DNA of 64,000 bases from Macrostomum lignano (lineage: Eukaryota): positions 72,971-136,970 of the forward strand of contig NIVC01001401.1 in NCBI GenBank assembly GCA_002269645.1, in the 5' to 3' direction. This document shows, one piece after another, positions 1-12,530 of this stretch; the stretch's first letter is position 1, and the number at the start of each line of letters is the position of its first letter. A program made the position numbers and the translations under genes. A model generated the notes under the pieces. That model worked only from the letters and a program-made list of their open reading frames with translations. It made no database searches and was not told the DNA's origin.

Positions 1-359
1 GTTGCTAGGCGCAGGTGCCTTGCACCCGAAACGCAAACTGATCTCCTGCCTAAACCTTGGCGTATCAACAAACGTAATGGCTTTCATTACGATTCGATGC
101 ATGTCTGCCCTAAGAGCAGTTAAAATATTTTGATTTGCAATCTGCACTGCCGCGCTAATGGCAAATTATTTCGTGTTATTTTATTTATTATTTGTGAAAT
201 ATTAATAACACACCTGTACGGCGTATTTACAATACACTGTGCTTCGCTTGGTTGGCCGTTTGGATTTTTTCCTAACTCGAGTGTTGCCGCGTTCTCAGAA
301 ACTGTTCATGTACTTTTTGTAGTGTACGGGTTGCTTTCCTTGTAGTGCTTAGCTTATAT

Positions 360-1240
360 TGTAGCAAGAATGGTAGCTTGAGCAGTAGCTTAACTGGTAG
401 CTTAATTGATAGCTTGAATGGTAGCTTAGATGGTAGTTAAAATGGTAGTTTTAATAGTAGCTTGAATAGTAGCTTAAATGGTAGCTCGAATGGTAGCTAT
501 AATGGTCGCTCGAATGGTAGTTAGAATGGTAGCTCGAATAGTAGCTTAAATGGTAGCTCAAATGGTATTTAGTTAAAATGGTAGCTCGAATGGTATATAG
601 TTAAAATGGTAGCTCAAATGGTAGTTAGTTAAAATGGTAGCTCGAATGGTAGTTAAAATGGTAGCTCGAATGGTTGTTAAAATGGTAGCTCGAATGGTAG
701 TTAAAATGGTAGCTCGAATGGTAGCTATAATGGTCGCTCGAATGGTAGTTAGAATGGTAGCTCGAATAGTAGCTTAAATGGTAGCTCAAATGGTATTTAT
801 TTAAAATGGTAGCTCGAATGGTAGTTCGTTCAAATGGTAGCTCGAATGGTTGTTAAAATGGTAGCTCGAATGGTTGTTAAATTGGTAGCTCGAATGGTTG
901 TTAAAATGGTAGCTCGAATGGTAGGTAAATTGGTAGCTCGAATGGTAGGTAAATTGGTAGCTCGAATGGTAGTTAAAATGGTAGCTCGAATGGTAGGTAA
1001 ATTGGTAGCTCGAATGGTTGTTAAATTGGTAGCTCGAATGGTTGTTAAAATGGTAGCTCGAATGGTAGGTAAATTGGTAGCTCGAATGGTTGTTAAAATG
1101 GTAGCTCGAATGGTTGTTAAAATGGTAGCTCGAATGGTAGTTAAAATGGTAGCTCGAATGGTTGTTAAAATGGTAGCTCGAATGGTAGTTAAATTGGTAG
1201 CTCGAATGGTTGTTAAAATGGTAGCTCGAATGGTAGCTTA
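360..1240. repeat. Minisatellite, 12/24-bp unit AATGGTAGCTCGAATGGTAGTTAA
   Basis: Direct tandem repetition; source of ORF 834..1241. Confidence 0.95.
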
Positions 1241-2119
1241 ACAGTTGAACTACCGGGGTGAAATCACATCCCTAACATGTTTTGCTGCGCCGTAGCGTAG
1301 CAGCGCAGGCACACGAACTTCAAGAACGCGGGTAAACTTTTTGTTGCGCACCTTTTCAAACAAGAATCAAGTCGTCATCCCTCCGGATTGTCGAGATATT
1401 AAATTCTTCCAGAAGGTCGGATTTCCTTTTTAAGCGCCAGTGTATTCAATACACCCCTTAGCTCAGAGACAGCTCAGAGACCTCATAGAAATTTGAAGCA
1501 GAGTGTCCATAGTCGAAGTCCGAAGTTCGCAGTCCGATTTGCTGCAGACACGTGTGCTGATGAAATTGGCTTGGTACGAGCCGTATTGCTAATGTTAATC
1601 TGTAGCTGAAAATGGAGCTTAAATATTTGCTCAAAAAGAGAGAGGCTCGAGTGACAGCAATACCAATTAATTTGCTTTTATAGTTTGAACGCGGGTTAAG
1701 CAACAATGAACGAATGACGCACCTGTGTATTATGCCATTTTTATTTGCAATCAGTGAAGCTTAATTCAGTGAGGCATGATAAATAACGCTTTTGTAATAA
1801 AAAATCGTAATGACTAACTGCAAACAACACCTACATGTCACTAGCACTACCATTTCACTGACATCAATAGCATAGGGGCATTTGCAAACTTTAATTTTTT
1901 TTCGCAAAAAAGTGCAGTGTGTTATTTTTATCCAAGTACAGTAGCTATTTAACAAACACGATCTGGATATTTGGACAAGAGTGCCTAAAGCGACAATAAA
2001 AAATGTTCAAAATTTGATATTTCTTTGAAAATTGAATTGTAAAAACAACAATTAATTGTTATAATTTTTATTGCAACAGTTGGAATTAGACCAGACCAGC
2101 TTCTATTCTCTTTTTAATG

Positions 2120-3020
2120 AGGGCTTTACCATAGACGCAGCTGTAGCCTGTACATGTACTTTTGGTGAGGCTTTACCATAGACACAGCTATAGCCTGCAC
2201 TTTTGGTGAGACTTTACCATAGACACAGCTATAGCCTGTACTTTTGGTGAGGCTTTACCATAGACACAGCTATAGCCTGTACTTTTGGTAAGGCTTTACC
2301 ATAGACGCAGCTGTAGCTTGCACATGTACTTTTGGTGAGGCTTTCCCATAGACGCAGCTGTAGCCTGTACATGTACTTTTGGTGAGGCTTTACCATAGAC
2401 ACAGCTGTAGCCTGTACTTTTGGTGAGGCTTTACCATAGACGCAGCTGTAGCCTGTACATGTACTTTTGGTGAGGCTTTACCATAGACAGCTGTAGCTTG
2501 TACTTTTGGTGAGGCTTTACCATAGACACAGCTGTAGCCTGTACTTTTGGTGAGGCTTTACCATAGACGCAGCTGTAGCCTGTACATGTACTTTTGGTGA
2601 GGCTTTACCATAGACAGCTGTAGCTTGTACTTTTGGTGAGGCTTTACCATAGACAGCTGTAGCTTGTACTTTTGGTGAGGCTTTACCATAGACACAGCTG
2701 TAGCTTGTACTTTTGGTGAGGCTTTACCATAGACGCAGCTGTAGCCTGTACATGTACTTTTGGTGAGGCTTTCCCATAGACAGCTGTAGCTTGTACTTTT
2801 GGTGAGGCTTTACCATAGACAGCTGTAGCTTGTACTTTTGGTGAGGCTTTACCATAGACACAGCTGTAGCTTTTACTTTTGGTGAGGCTTTACCATAGAC
2901 GCAGCTGTAGCCTGTACATGTACTTTTGGTGAGGCTTTCCCATAGACAGCTATAGCCTGTACTTTTGGTGAGGCTTTACCATAAACACAGCTGTAGCCTG
3001 TACTTTTGGTGAAGGCTTTA
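2120..3020. repeat. Minisatellite, ~41-bp unit CTTTACCATAGACACAGCTGTAGCCTGTACTTTTGGTGAGG (39-47 bp variants)
   Basis: About 20 tandem copies. Confidence 0.95.
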
Positions 3021-3202
3021 CGCTCGCCATAGACGACAGTAACCCTTACCCTCTACTATTGTCAATAAAGCTTTATGATGACGCCTCACTTAAAGGGCCA
3101 CGTTGAAGTCTGACAAAGATTTTTCGAATATAAGCTTCGTAAGAAGCGCTCGTAGCCGCTCTCTTGAGATGTTTTCACAGGACAGAGAACGCTCTCAGAA
3201 TG

Positions 3203-4501
3203 TCAGATGCTGCTTCCAGGCCACATGCCTCCCTGCGAGTCAGCAATGTCGCCAGCCAAAGAGGTCGGTAGGTACTGTCCGGCAGCCACGTACTGCTGCT
3301 CCAGCTTGGCCTGCTGTTGCGCAAAGTAGTTGCTGTACGGGTCCTGGTAGCTGCCGTACACTGCGATGTCAATGTCAATGTTTCAATGTTTGAGCTCATT
3401 GGCTGCGCGATTTTTCCTACTGACAGTAGTTTATTCTCCATTCCGTCTGTTGTCTATTGTGAAAGTGTCTGCTTGTCAAAGTGTCTGTTGTCTATTATTA
3501 AAAGTGTCTGCTGTCTTTTGACAAAGTGTCCGCTGTCTATTGTCAAAATGTCTGCTGTCTATTGTCAAAGTGTCTGCTGTCTCATGTCAAGGTTTCTGCT
3601 GTCTATTGTCAGAGTGTCTGCTGTCTATTGTCTTAGTGTCCGCTGTCTCATGTCAAAATGTCTGCTCAATCGGTTGCACTCACCGCCGCCAGACCCGTAG
3701 GGGTCGGCCAGCCGCCAGCAAGACTGCGCCTTCTGGTAGAGCGACGCCGACTGTTCTTCAAAGCCGACACTGCAGCCGGCGCCGCCGCCGATGCCACCGC
3801 TGGGTAGATCGAAAGCGCCGACGCCTCCAATGTCGACTTCCGGCCCGCCGATGCCGCCTCCGCCAACGCCGACGCCGGAGAAGCAAAACGGCTGATAGTG
3901 ACGAGCTGCTGGAATGAAAAATTGCTTGTGGATTTTTTTGAGCACTCGCAGTTTCATTTCCCAAGATCTGCTTGAGCAGCAGTCATCTCTCGGATTGGAT
4001 GCCCCCCCCTGTATTTCTGCTGCAGCTCAGAGCTGCTGCTCACTTTTTTCCTCCAAGCCTGTCGGTGGGGTCATCGACCCGACGGTGTCTCCGATGGCCG
4101 CGGTTGCAGATGCGGCCGGGTCCGGCTTGATGGACTCCTCGGTGGACGTCGCCGACACTGCAGCAGCCGCAGCCGCCGCTGCAGCCGCGGCAGCCGCCGC
4201 GGCCGCTTCGATCGGCTCCAGAGTCAGGGACCCGATGGTCGGCGCTGGCGGGTGGTGTTGATGGTGCAGCTGCTGATGCTGCTGATGCGGAAACGGCGCT
4301 ACGGGCGCCACGGGCCGCTGAGGACGGCGACTGCTGCTTGGCAGCTGCTGATTCTGAAGCTGCTGCTGATGATGATGGTGGTGGTGGTGGTGGTGGTGAT
4401 GGTGCCCAAACGCGCTTAAATGGCCACCGGCGATGGCAGAAGTGAACTGATCATCGTGCTTGAAGTCTAAGTGATCGAATCTGGTGGTGATTTGTTGCTG
4501 T

Positions 4502-4534
<33 letters not shown>

Positions 4535-5460
4535 CGTTGCTGCGACTGCTGGTTCTCTTCCCTCAGCGACTTGTCGTTGGATTTGCGCAGCGCAATTAGC
4601 GAACAATCGTCGCAGATGCACTGCGCCTTCGGGCAGCGCTTCTTGTGACCGCGCCACAATTGAATTATGCCGTGGTTGCGGCACCGGCGACAGTGCGGGC
4701 CTTCGTCTGGACGGCGGGATGTGGAGAAGTTTGGTTAGTCTCTTCTAGCATCGTCTCGCATGCTTGACCTTGGGGAGGATTCACCTATGTTGACCTTGGG
4801 AGGATTCACCTATGTTGACCTTGGGAGGATTCACCTATGTTGACCTTGGGAGGATTCCCCTCCGAGATTTACCTTAAAGGGGATTCCCCTTCTAAGTTGA
4901 CCTTGGGAAGTATTCCCTTTCTAGTTTGACCTTGGAAAGGATTCCCTTTCTATGTTGACCTGGGGAAGGATTCTCCTTTTAGTTTGACCTTAAGAAGCAT
5001 CTCTGAGGCCCATTGTTCAACAGTCTGAGAATTCAGCCTCACCCTCCTTCGTGCCTCCGGCAGTCGCTTGCAGCCGCTTCGCTTCGACTGACCGAGGCAT
5101 CGAGGAACTGCCAGCCTGAGCCAGAAACCCCGGAAGCTGCGCCACTACTGCCAGAGACGCCAGCTGAGACTGCGCTGCCGGGGGTGGAAGCGGCGGAGGC
5201 GGCGGCGGATGACCTTTCAGCCGCTGCTCCTGCTCAGCAAGTAGGTCCTGAGTTCGCTGCTTGCGATAATTGCTAATCTGCTTGGCCACAATCTGCCTAC
5301 CGTGCTCCACCAGTTCACACTTGGGGCAGGGGCAGGTTCTGTATTTGCAGTTCCTCTTGTGACCTTTGACGCTAATGTTGATGCCGTGGCCTTTGCACTT
5401 TCGACAGAAGTACTGCTTGCGGTTGCTGTAGCCTCCGCTAGGGCCCAGGCTGACTGGCAC
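3203..5460 (-). CDS. dmrt: DMRT/doublesex-mab-3 family transcription factor with two DM domains (5' end unresolved)
   Basis: Phase-consistent GT-AG exons: ~5460-5043 (DM1 YFCRKCKGHG...KGHKRNCKYRTCPCPKC...AKQISNYR), 4706-4044 (DM2 PHCRRCRNHG...RGHKKRCPKAQCICDDC, then poly-Q/H/A), 3908-3684, 3360-3203 (ends ...MWPGSSI*). All eight Zn ligands are present in both domains. No ATG was found, so an upstream exon is missing. Confidence 0.9.
3440..3665. repeat. Degenerate 22-bp minisatellite GTCTGCTGTCTATTGTCAAAGT in dmrt intron
   Basis: Tandem copies between the last two dmrt exons. Confidence 0.8.
4765..4992. repeat. ~26-bp minisatellite TTGACCTTGGGGAGGATTCACCTATG in the intron between the DM domains
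   Basis: About 9 increasingly degenerate copies. Confidence 0.85.
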
Positions 5461-5514
5461 TGCCGCTGACTGAAGCCTGTGCTGCTGCCTGCGAGTGGCC
5501 AGGGTTGAACTGAT

Positions 5515-5668
<154 letters not shown>

Positions 5669-6489
5669 CAAAACTATTGATAAAAAGTGTCTCAGTGTTT
5701 ATCGGAACTGGGGACTCCCGCTAAGGACACACAGATAGCCATGGAATCAGCAGCAAGCCAGTCCGAAAGCTGGGGGCTGAGAGGTTGCGTTTGCTCGGCC
5801 CCTCAAAGCCGGAGCCCTCTGCCCCTTTCTCAAGCTGCCTGCATGGCTTTCAAGTTTTGCTACAATCGGGCCCCGGCCAAGAATGAGAAGGTGGAGCAGC
5901 TCGCATAGCTAGCGGGGGTTTGGCAACCCCAATCCTGTTTTTTCTCTCCTCTCGTCTCCCCCTCACTCTCGCTTAGCTCCCGGGTGCACAGTTCTTCATA
6001 GCTGGCGCGGTGAAGAATGTAGCGAAAATTTCCGAATATTCGAATATTAGGAAGAAGAGAAGGAGGACTCGGCTATAGCTGTAACCCAGGCCGCGCCATT
6101 GCCGCCCGCTCTCGCGCAGGCCCCCGCACCCCCCCCAGCCCCCCCCCGATTCTTCCTCCGAACGCAAGCGATGTTTTTGATACAATTGGTGAACCTGCAA
6201 CTGCAGGCCTAAAATACGCCTCTCTCTATCCTGTGTGCGTTTGTTTCTCCTTTCTCTGTCTCTGTCTAGCTCTAATCCTTCGCTTTGTTATACTTGGTCT
6301 TCTATTTGCGCTTGCTTCAGAGCCTATCACATTGGTGCTATGCATCCTTCATGTTTTAGCTCAGGCTTGATGACTTTCCCACGAAATTTTCTTTTGTAAC
6401 TTATCTAACAGCATACACTGTGTCCGGTCTGTAATTACTGGCCTCCAGAATCCTATGCGGGGCCAGCTGGGTGCTTATTTGATTATAAG

Positions 6490-7332
6490 ATTGGCTGATA
6501 GATTATTGGAGTGGCAGATAGATTGTGGGGGTGGTAGATAGATTATTGGAGTGGCAGATAGATTTTGGGAGTGGTAGATAGATTATTGGAGTGGCAGATA
6601 GATTGTGGGAGTGGCAGATAGATTATTGGAGTGGCAGATAGATTGTGGGAGTGGCAGATAGATTATTGGAGTGGTTAGATAGATTGTGGGAGTGGCAGAT
6701 AGATTATTGGAGTGGTTAGATAGATTGTGGGAGTGGCAGATAGATTATTGAAGTGGTTAGATAGATTGTGGGAGTGGCAGATAGATTATTGGAGTGGTTA
6801 GATAGATTGTGGGAGTGGCAGATAGATTATTGGAGTGGCAGATAGATTGTGGGAGTGGCAGATAGATTGTGGGAGTGGCAGATAGATTGTGGGAGTGGCA
6901 GATAGATTATTGGAGTGGTTAGATAGATTGTGGGAGTGGCAGATAGATTATTGGAGTGGCAGATAGATTGTGGGAGTGGCAGATAGATTGTGGGAGTGGC
7001 AGATAGATTGTGGGAGTGGCAGATAGATTGTGGGAGTGGCAGATAGATTATTGGAGTGGCAGATAGATTGTGGGAGTGGCAGATAGATTGTGGGAGTGGC
7101 AGATAGATTGTGGGAGTGGCAGATAGATTATTGGAGTGGCAGATAGATTGTGGGAGTGACAGATAGATTATTGGAGTGGCAGATAGATTGTGGGAGTGGC
7201 AGATAGATTGTGGGAGTGGCAGATAGATTATTGGAGTGGCAGATAGATTGTGGGAGTGGCAGATAGATTGTGGGAGTGGCAGATAAATTATTGGAGTGGC
7301 AGATAGATTATTGGAGTGGTTAGATAGATTGC
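6490..7332. repeat. 20-bp minisatellite GATTGTGGGAGTGGCAGATA
   Basis: About 40 copies with variants. Confidence 0.95.
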
Positions 7333-8054
7333 CTGAATGGCGCATCAATTTTGGGAAGGGCAGATAGATTTTGGTATTCAGGCTGGTAGCGCTTTTGATT
7401 TTGGGTTTCGGTAGTGTTTATCACAGTATATTTATAGCTAATATTATATATATTTATAGCTAATAGCTATCCTTTATAGCTAAGCACGTTTCCCCACAAA
7501 CAGAAGGAACAAAAACGGATGGACGCGTAAGTCTGTGTGGATGAGTAAAATGTCGAATAGATAAAAGGAGTACAGTGTGTGCTTAAAGTTGACAATCTTA
7601 CCTTGAAGCAGCCTTGGCAGTTGTGGGGTGGTGCAGACTCACGTGCCCAGGATGCATTGTGGCTTTTCTGGCTAAGCAAGTGCTGGCAAAGCAAATTTTA
7701 ACAGACGACTCAATCGGGGGACTCCCAGGTGTTGGCTTGATCGCGCGAGTTAAAAAACCGAGCAAAGATTCTGACTGACTGAAAAAGCGCCAGCCAATGA
7801 GAGCCGCCCAAGGTGGGCGAGGGCGGCCAACTGCTTGCGGGCTGAGCGAATGAGAACTGCTGATTGATGGCGGAGGGTTCTGAATTGCCTCATAGACGGA
7901 GAATTTGCTTACTTTAGTCTACACAAAATGAGTGGGTGAAATAGTAGTAAGTGCATGCACCTTCGCCTACTGCCGGCTCTTTAGCAGTTTTTATGAATCG
8001 TTAAAGCGAGTTGTTGCAATTTTCAAGACTGACCCAATTTCTGTTTGTCGAAAT

Positions 8055-8580
8055 GAAGCAGGAGAGGAGAGGGGGAGGGAGGGAGACGAAGATAGAGAAT
8101 AGGATGAGAGAAAGGGAGAGTGAGAGGGAGATGGAGAGTGAGAGTGAGAGGGAGAGTGAGAGGAAGAAGAGTGAGAGGGAGAGTGAGAAGGAGAGGGAGA
8201 ATGAGAGAGAATGGGAGTGAGAGGGAGAGTGAGGGAAAGATGGAGAGGGATAGTGAAAGGAAGAGGGAGAGGGAGAAGGAGAGAGAGAGGGAGAGAGTTA
8301 GTGGGAGGGAGAGTGAGAAGGAGAAGGAGAGTGAGAGGAAGATGGAGAGGGATAATGAGAGGGAGAGTGGGGGAGATTCAGTGGAAGGGAGAGTGAAAGG
8401 GAGAGAGAGAAGGGGGAGAGTGAGTGGGAGAGTGAGAGTAGGAGGGAGAGTGAGAGTAGGAGGGAGAGTGAGAGGTAGATAGAGAGTAATAGTGAGAGGG
8501 GGAGTGAGAGGGAGAGAGAGGGGGAGAGAGAGTGAGAGTGTGAGAGAGTGAGAGGGCGAGTAAGTGGGAGGGGGAGTGAG
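8055..8580. repeat. GA-rich polypurine low-complexity tract
   Basis: Almost purely G/A on the plus strand. Confidence 0.9.
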
Positions 8581-8828
8581 AAAAACAAGGTACAAGTAAA
8601 GCCTAGAGGCTGGACTGGGTCGCGGTATTCGATATGTACCGTTGGTAACTTTTTGTTTTGAAGTAGGAAACTCCAAAGTACAAAATATCAAAACCAGTGC
8701 CCTTCGAACCCAAAGCAGCAAAGCATTGGTTGTTAGGCGTAAATTTGCACCTTTTCTAGCGCGAGGACCCACATATGGAGGTGATGATTTTGTTTAAAAG
8801 CATTTGTAAAGCACCTCTACGAGTGGGA

Positions 8829-9139
<311 letters not shown>

Positions 9140-10109
9140 ATATTTAGAACGTAGCGCTTATTCAGCCCTCCCGTTAATTAGCGTGACCCGCGCAGGGAAT
9201 CGAACCCAAGGGCTCTGGCCGGAGAGTCGGCCGCGGAGGAGGAGAGGGGAGCGGGTGAGGAGCTGGCAGGTGGGCGGACGAGCTGCACAATGACAGCCAG
9301 TGACAGATCAGAGGAGAGCCGCGGCACTTGTATCAATTTCTTAGAAACCCGATGCTCCAACGCTCTGATGAGGAAGGCGCAGCATCCCTGCATCTCAAAT
9401 GTCCAGCAATGAGGCTCCGAAACTGCTTTCCCATTTTCCAGCTTCCGAATCAGTCCTTTTTTCATTGAATATTTTCTCTTGTTCAAAATACTAATTTTCG
9501 AATCCCGAATGCAATGGCTCCATGGAAGGGGAGGGTTGGGGGTGGCTGTGTTTCGCTACAGTTGCGCGTGGGCTCCGATCAAGGAGACCCAGAGCCAGGA
9601 GTCTGGATTGTTAAGAGTGGATTTGGCTTGGGCAAGAGTTGGCAACTCCAAGTCCTGGCGTCTGGGTCACCTTGGCTCCATGCAGTTGAAGACGGCAGGC
9701 ACCGATGCTGCCGCTGCTGCTGCTGCAATGTTCGCTACAATTCTCGTTCTATTCGCTTAGCAAGGGAGAACTGAGAGAAGCAGAGATCCGAAAGCTGTTC
9801 CTGAACAAAGCCTATCTACAACACACTCTTAGCAAGTGTGTGCCACAATTGATGCTCTTGTTGAATAATATATCTTTGGCCCGTTGTCAAGTTGCCAGAA
9901 AGTTAAAAATTAACAACCAGAAACAGATTTTGTAGAGAAGAGTTTCAGTATAGTCGAAGCGTGCTAATTATGTATTTTACGAGTAGCATTGTGTAAAAGA
10001 CTTAACTGAGCGTCAATTTCCTTAGTATTGTTGTCATGCTGTTTTACGGAAAACCTTTAGTTTAATTGAGTTTAAACAATGTAAAATAATCAACGTTCGA
10101 GTGCATAAA

Positions 10110-10825
10110 AAAACTGTAGTTTGATTGATAAAATCTGCAGTTTGATTGATAAAAATCCGCAGTTTGATTGATAAAAATCCGCAGTTTGATAGATAAAATC
10201 TGCAGTTTGATAGATAAAATCTTCAGTTTGATTGATAAAATCTTTAGTTTGATTGATAAAAACCCGCAGTTTGATTGATAAAAATCCGCAGTTTGATAGA
10301 TAAAATCTGCAGTTTGATTGATAAACTCTGCACTTTGATAGATAAAATCCGCAGTTTGATTGATAAACTCTGCAGTTTGATTGATAAACTCTGCACTTTG
10401 ATAGATAAAATCCGCAGTTTGATTGATAAAATCTGCAGTTTGATTGATAAACTCTGCACTTTGATAGATAAAATCCGCAGTTTGATTGATAAAATCTGCA
10501 GTTTGATTGATAAAATCTGCAGTTTGATTGATAAAATCCGCAGTTTGATTGATAAAAATCTGCAGTTTGATTGATAAAATCTGCAGTTTGATTGATAAAA
10601 TCCGCAGTTTGATTGATAAAAATCTGCAGTTTGATTGATAAAATCCGCAGTTTGATTGATAAAATCTGCAGTTTGATTGATAAACTCTGCACTTTGATAG
10701 ATAAAATCTTCAGTTTGATTGATAAAATCTGCAGTTGGATTGATAAAAATCTGCAGTTTGATTGATAAAAATCTGTAGTTTGATTGATAAAAATCTGCAG
10801 TTTGATTGATAAAAGCTGCAGTTAG
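10110..10825. repeat. 21/22-bp minisatellite CTGCAGTTTGATTGATAAAAT
   Basis: Tandem copies. Confidence 0.95.
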
Positions 10826-11714
10826 ACAGAGTCAACCTGCAGCCAGATTCAGAAGTTCTCGCACCCCAAGAAAGCCACTAACAAAAGTGCAATCTCAATT
10901 GAAAAAGTAACAGATTGCAATAATAATTTTGCAACAAAAATTGCACTGGTTAAGCTTGCATTGAACGACATGTATACAATGTTAACTTATATATTGAACA
11001 ATTTGAATAAAGTATTTCACTGAAAGACTAAATATAGTACAGCATCTAACGGTGTTAAAACTTTATTACATGTTCTGTGCTTTAAAACGTGTAACAAAAC
11101 TTCGCAGTTGTACAAGTAAGACTGGACAAAGACAAAAGTTTTCAAAAGTAAAAAAAAACTCAATCAGCAGCTTATGCTACTCCAGCTGCGATCAAAGTAG
11201 TATGCATTGAAAGTTGAATCAAAACGGGATAGAATTTTTCCACTAAAAGTCCAAAAGTCGCCTAATCATACGGAGACTTCCATGAAATATTTTCTACTTT
11301 CTTTTTTCCTAAAAATTGCATTCTTGAGAAACATATTTGGTCAGGGAATTCACGGCATAGCAAAATGGGAGAAAACAAGTCTGTGGTACTCGTAGGTAAG
11401 AAGAATTTTTTTATCTGAAACGCCTAAGACAGGAAATTAACGGAGTCACGTGATTAGCCGGTTGGCTCCCTGCACAATCAAAAATGGAATAGGAAATGTG
11501 GAGAAACTAAAAATTTGCTTGTTCGTTACGGCTTTTCTCGATCAAAGTTGATCAAAGTGAAGAAGTCATGCGATTTTATTGAAGCTTTTAATCTTAGGGC
11601 GATTATTTTGGAGATGGGATTTCTGCACTAAGTTCTAATATTGTCAACTTTGTTCCTAATCCCCTATCAATCAACCCTATTTGTCAATGCTGTCAGTCAA
11701 CCTGCAAATCAATG

Positions 11715-12530
11715 CCGTGAATCAACCTGACGATCAAACTGTCAATCAGCCTGACAATCAACCTGTCAATCAACCTGACAATCAACCTGACAACCAACCT
11801 GAAAATCAACCTGACAATCAACCTGACAATCAACCTGACAATCAACCTGACAACCAACCTGACAATCAACCTGACAACCAACCTGAAAATCAACCTGACA
11901 ATCAACCTGACAATCAACCTGACAACCAACCTGACAACCAACCTGACAATCAACCTGAAAATCAACCTGTCAATCAACCTGACAATCTACCTGTCAATCA
12001 ACCTGAAAATCAACCTGTCAATCAACCTGACAATCAACCTGACAACCAACCTGAAAATCAACCTGACAATCAACCTGACAATCAACCTGACAACCAACCT
12101 GACAACCAACCTGACAATCAACCTGAAAATCAACCTGTCAATCAACCTGACAATCTACCTGTCAATCAACCTGAAAATCAACCTGTCAATCAACCTGACA
12201 ATCAACCTGACAACCAACCTGACTATCAAACTGACAACCAACCTGACTTTCAACCTGACTATCAACCTGACAATCAACCTGACAATCAACCTGACAATCA
12301 ACCTGACAACCAACCTGACTATCAACCTGACAATCAACCTGACAATCAACCTGACTATCAATCTGTCAATCAACCTGACTATCAATCTGTCAATCAACCT
12401 GACAATCAACGTGTCAATCAACCTGTCAATCAACCTGACAATCAACCTGACAATCAACCTGACTATCAACCTGACTATCAACCTGTCAATCAACCCTTCA
12501 ATTAACCTGTCAATCAACCTGTCAATCAAC
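11715..12530. repeat. 12-bp minisatellite AATCAACCTGAC, abutting the kinase stop codon
   Basis: Tandem copies; source of the QPDN ORF. Confidence 0.95.

Noticed and set aside
1458-1706. Minus ORF with IAVTRASLFL, resembling SF1 helicase motif VI
   Set aside because: Isolated short match with no other helicase motifs nearby and no convincing splice sites.
9196-9206. B-box-like GGTTCGATTCC on the minus strand next to the (TTAG)n run
   Set aside because: No A-box or tRNA-like structure upstream; too short to call a SINE or tRNA.
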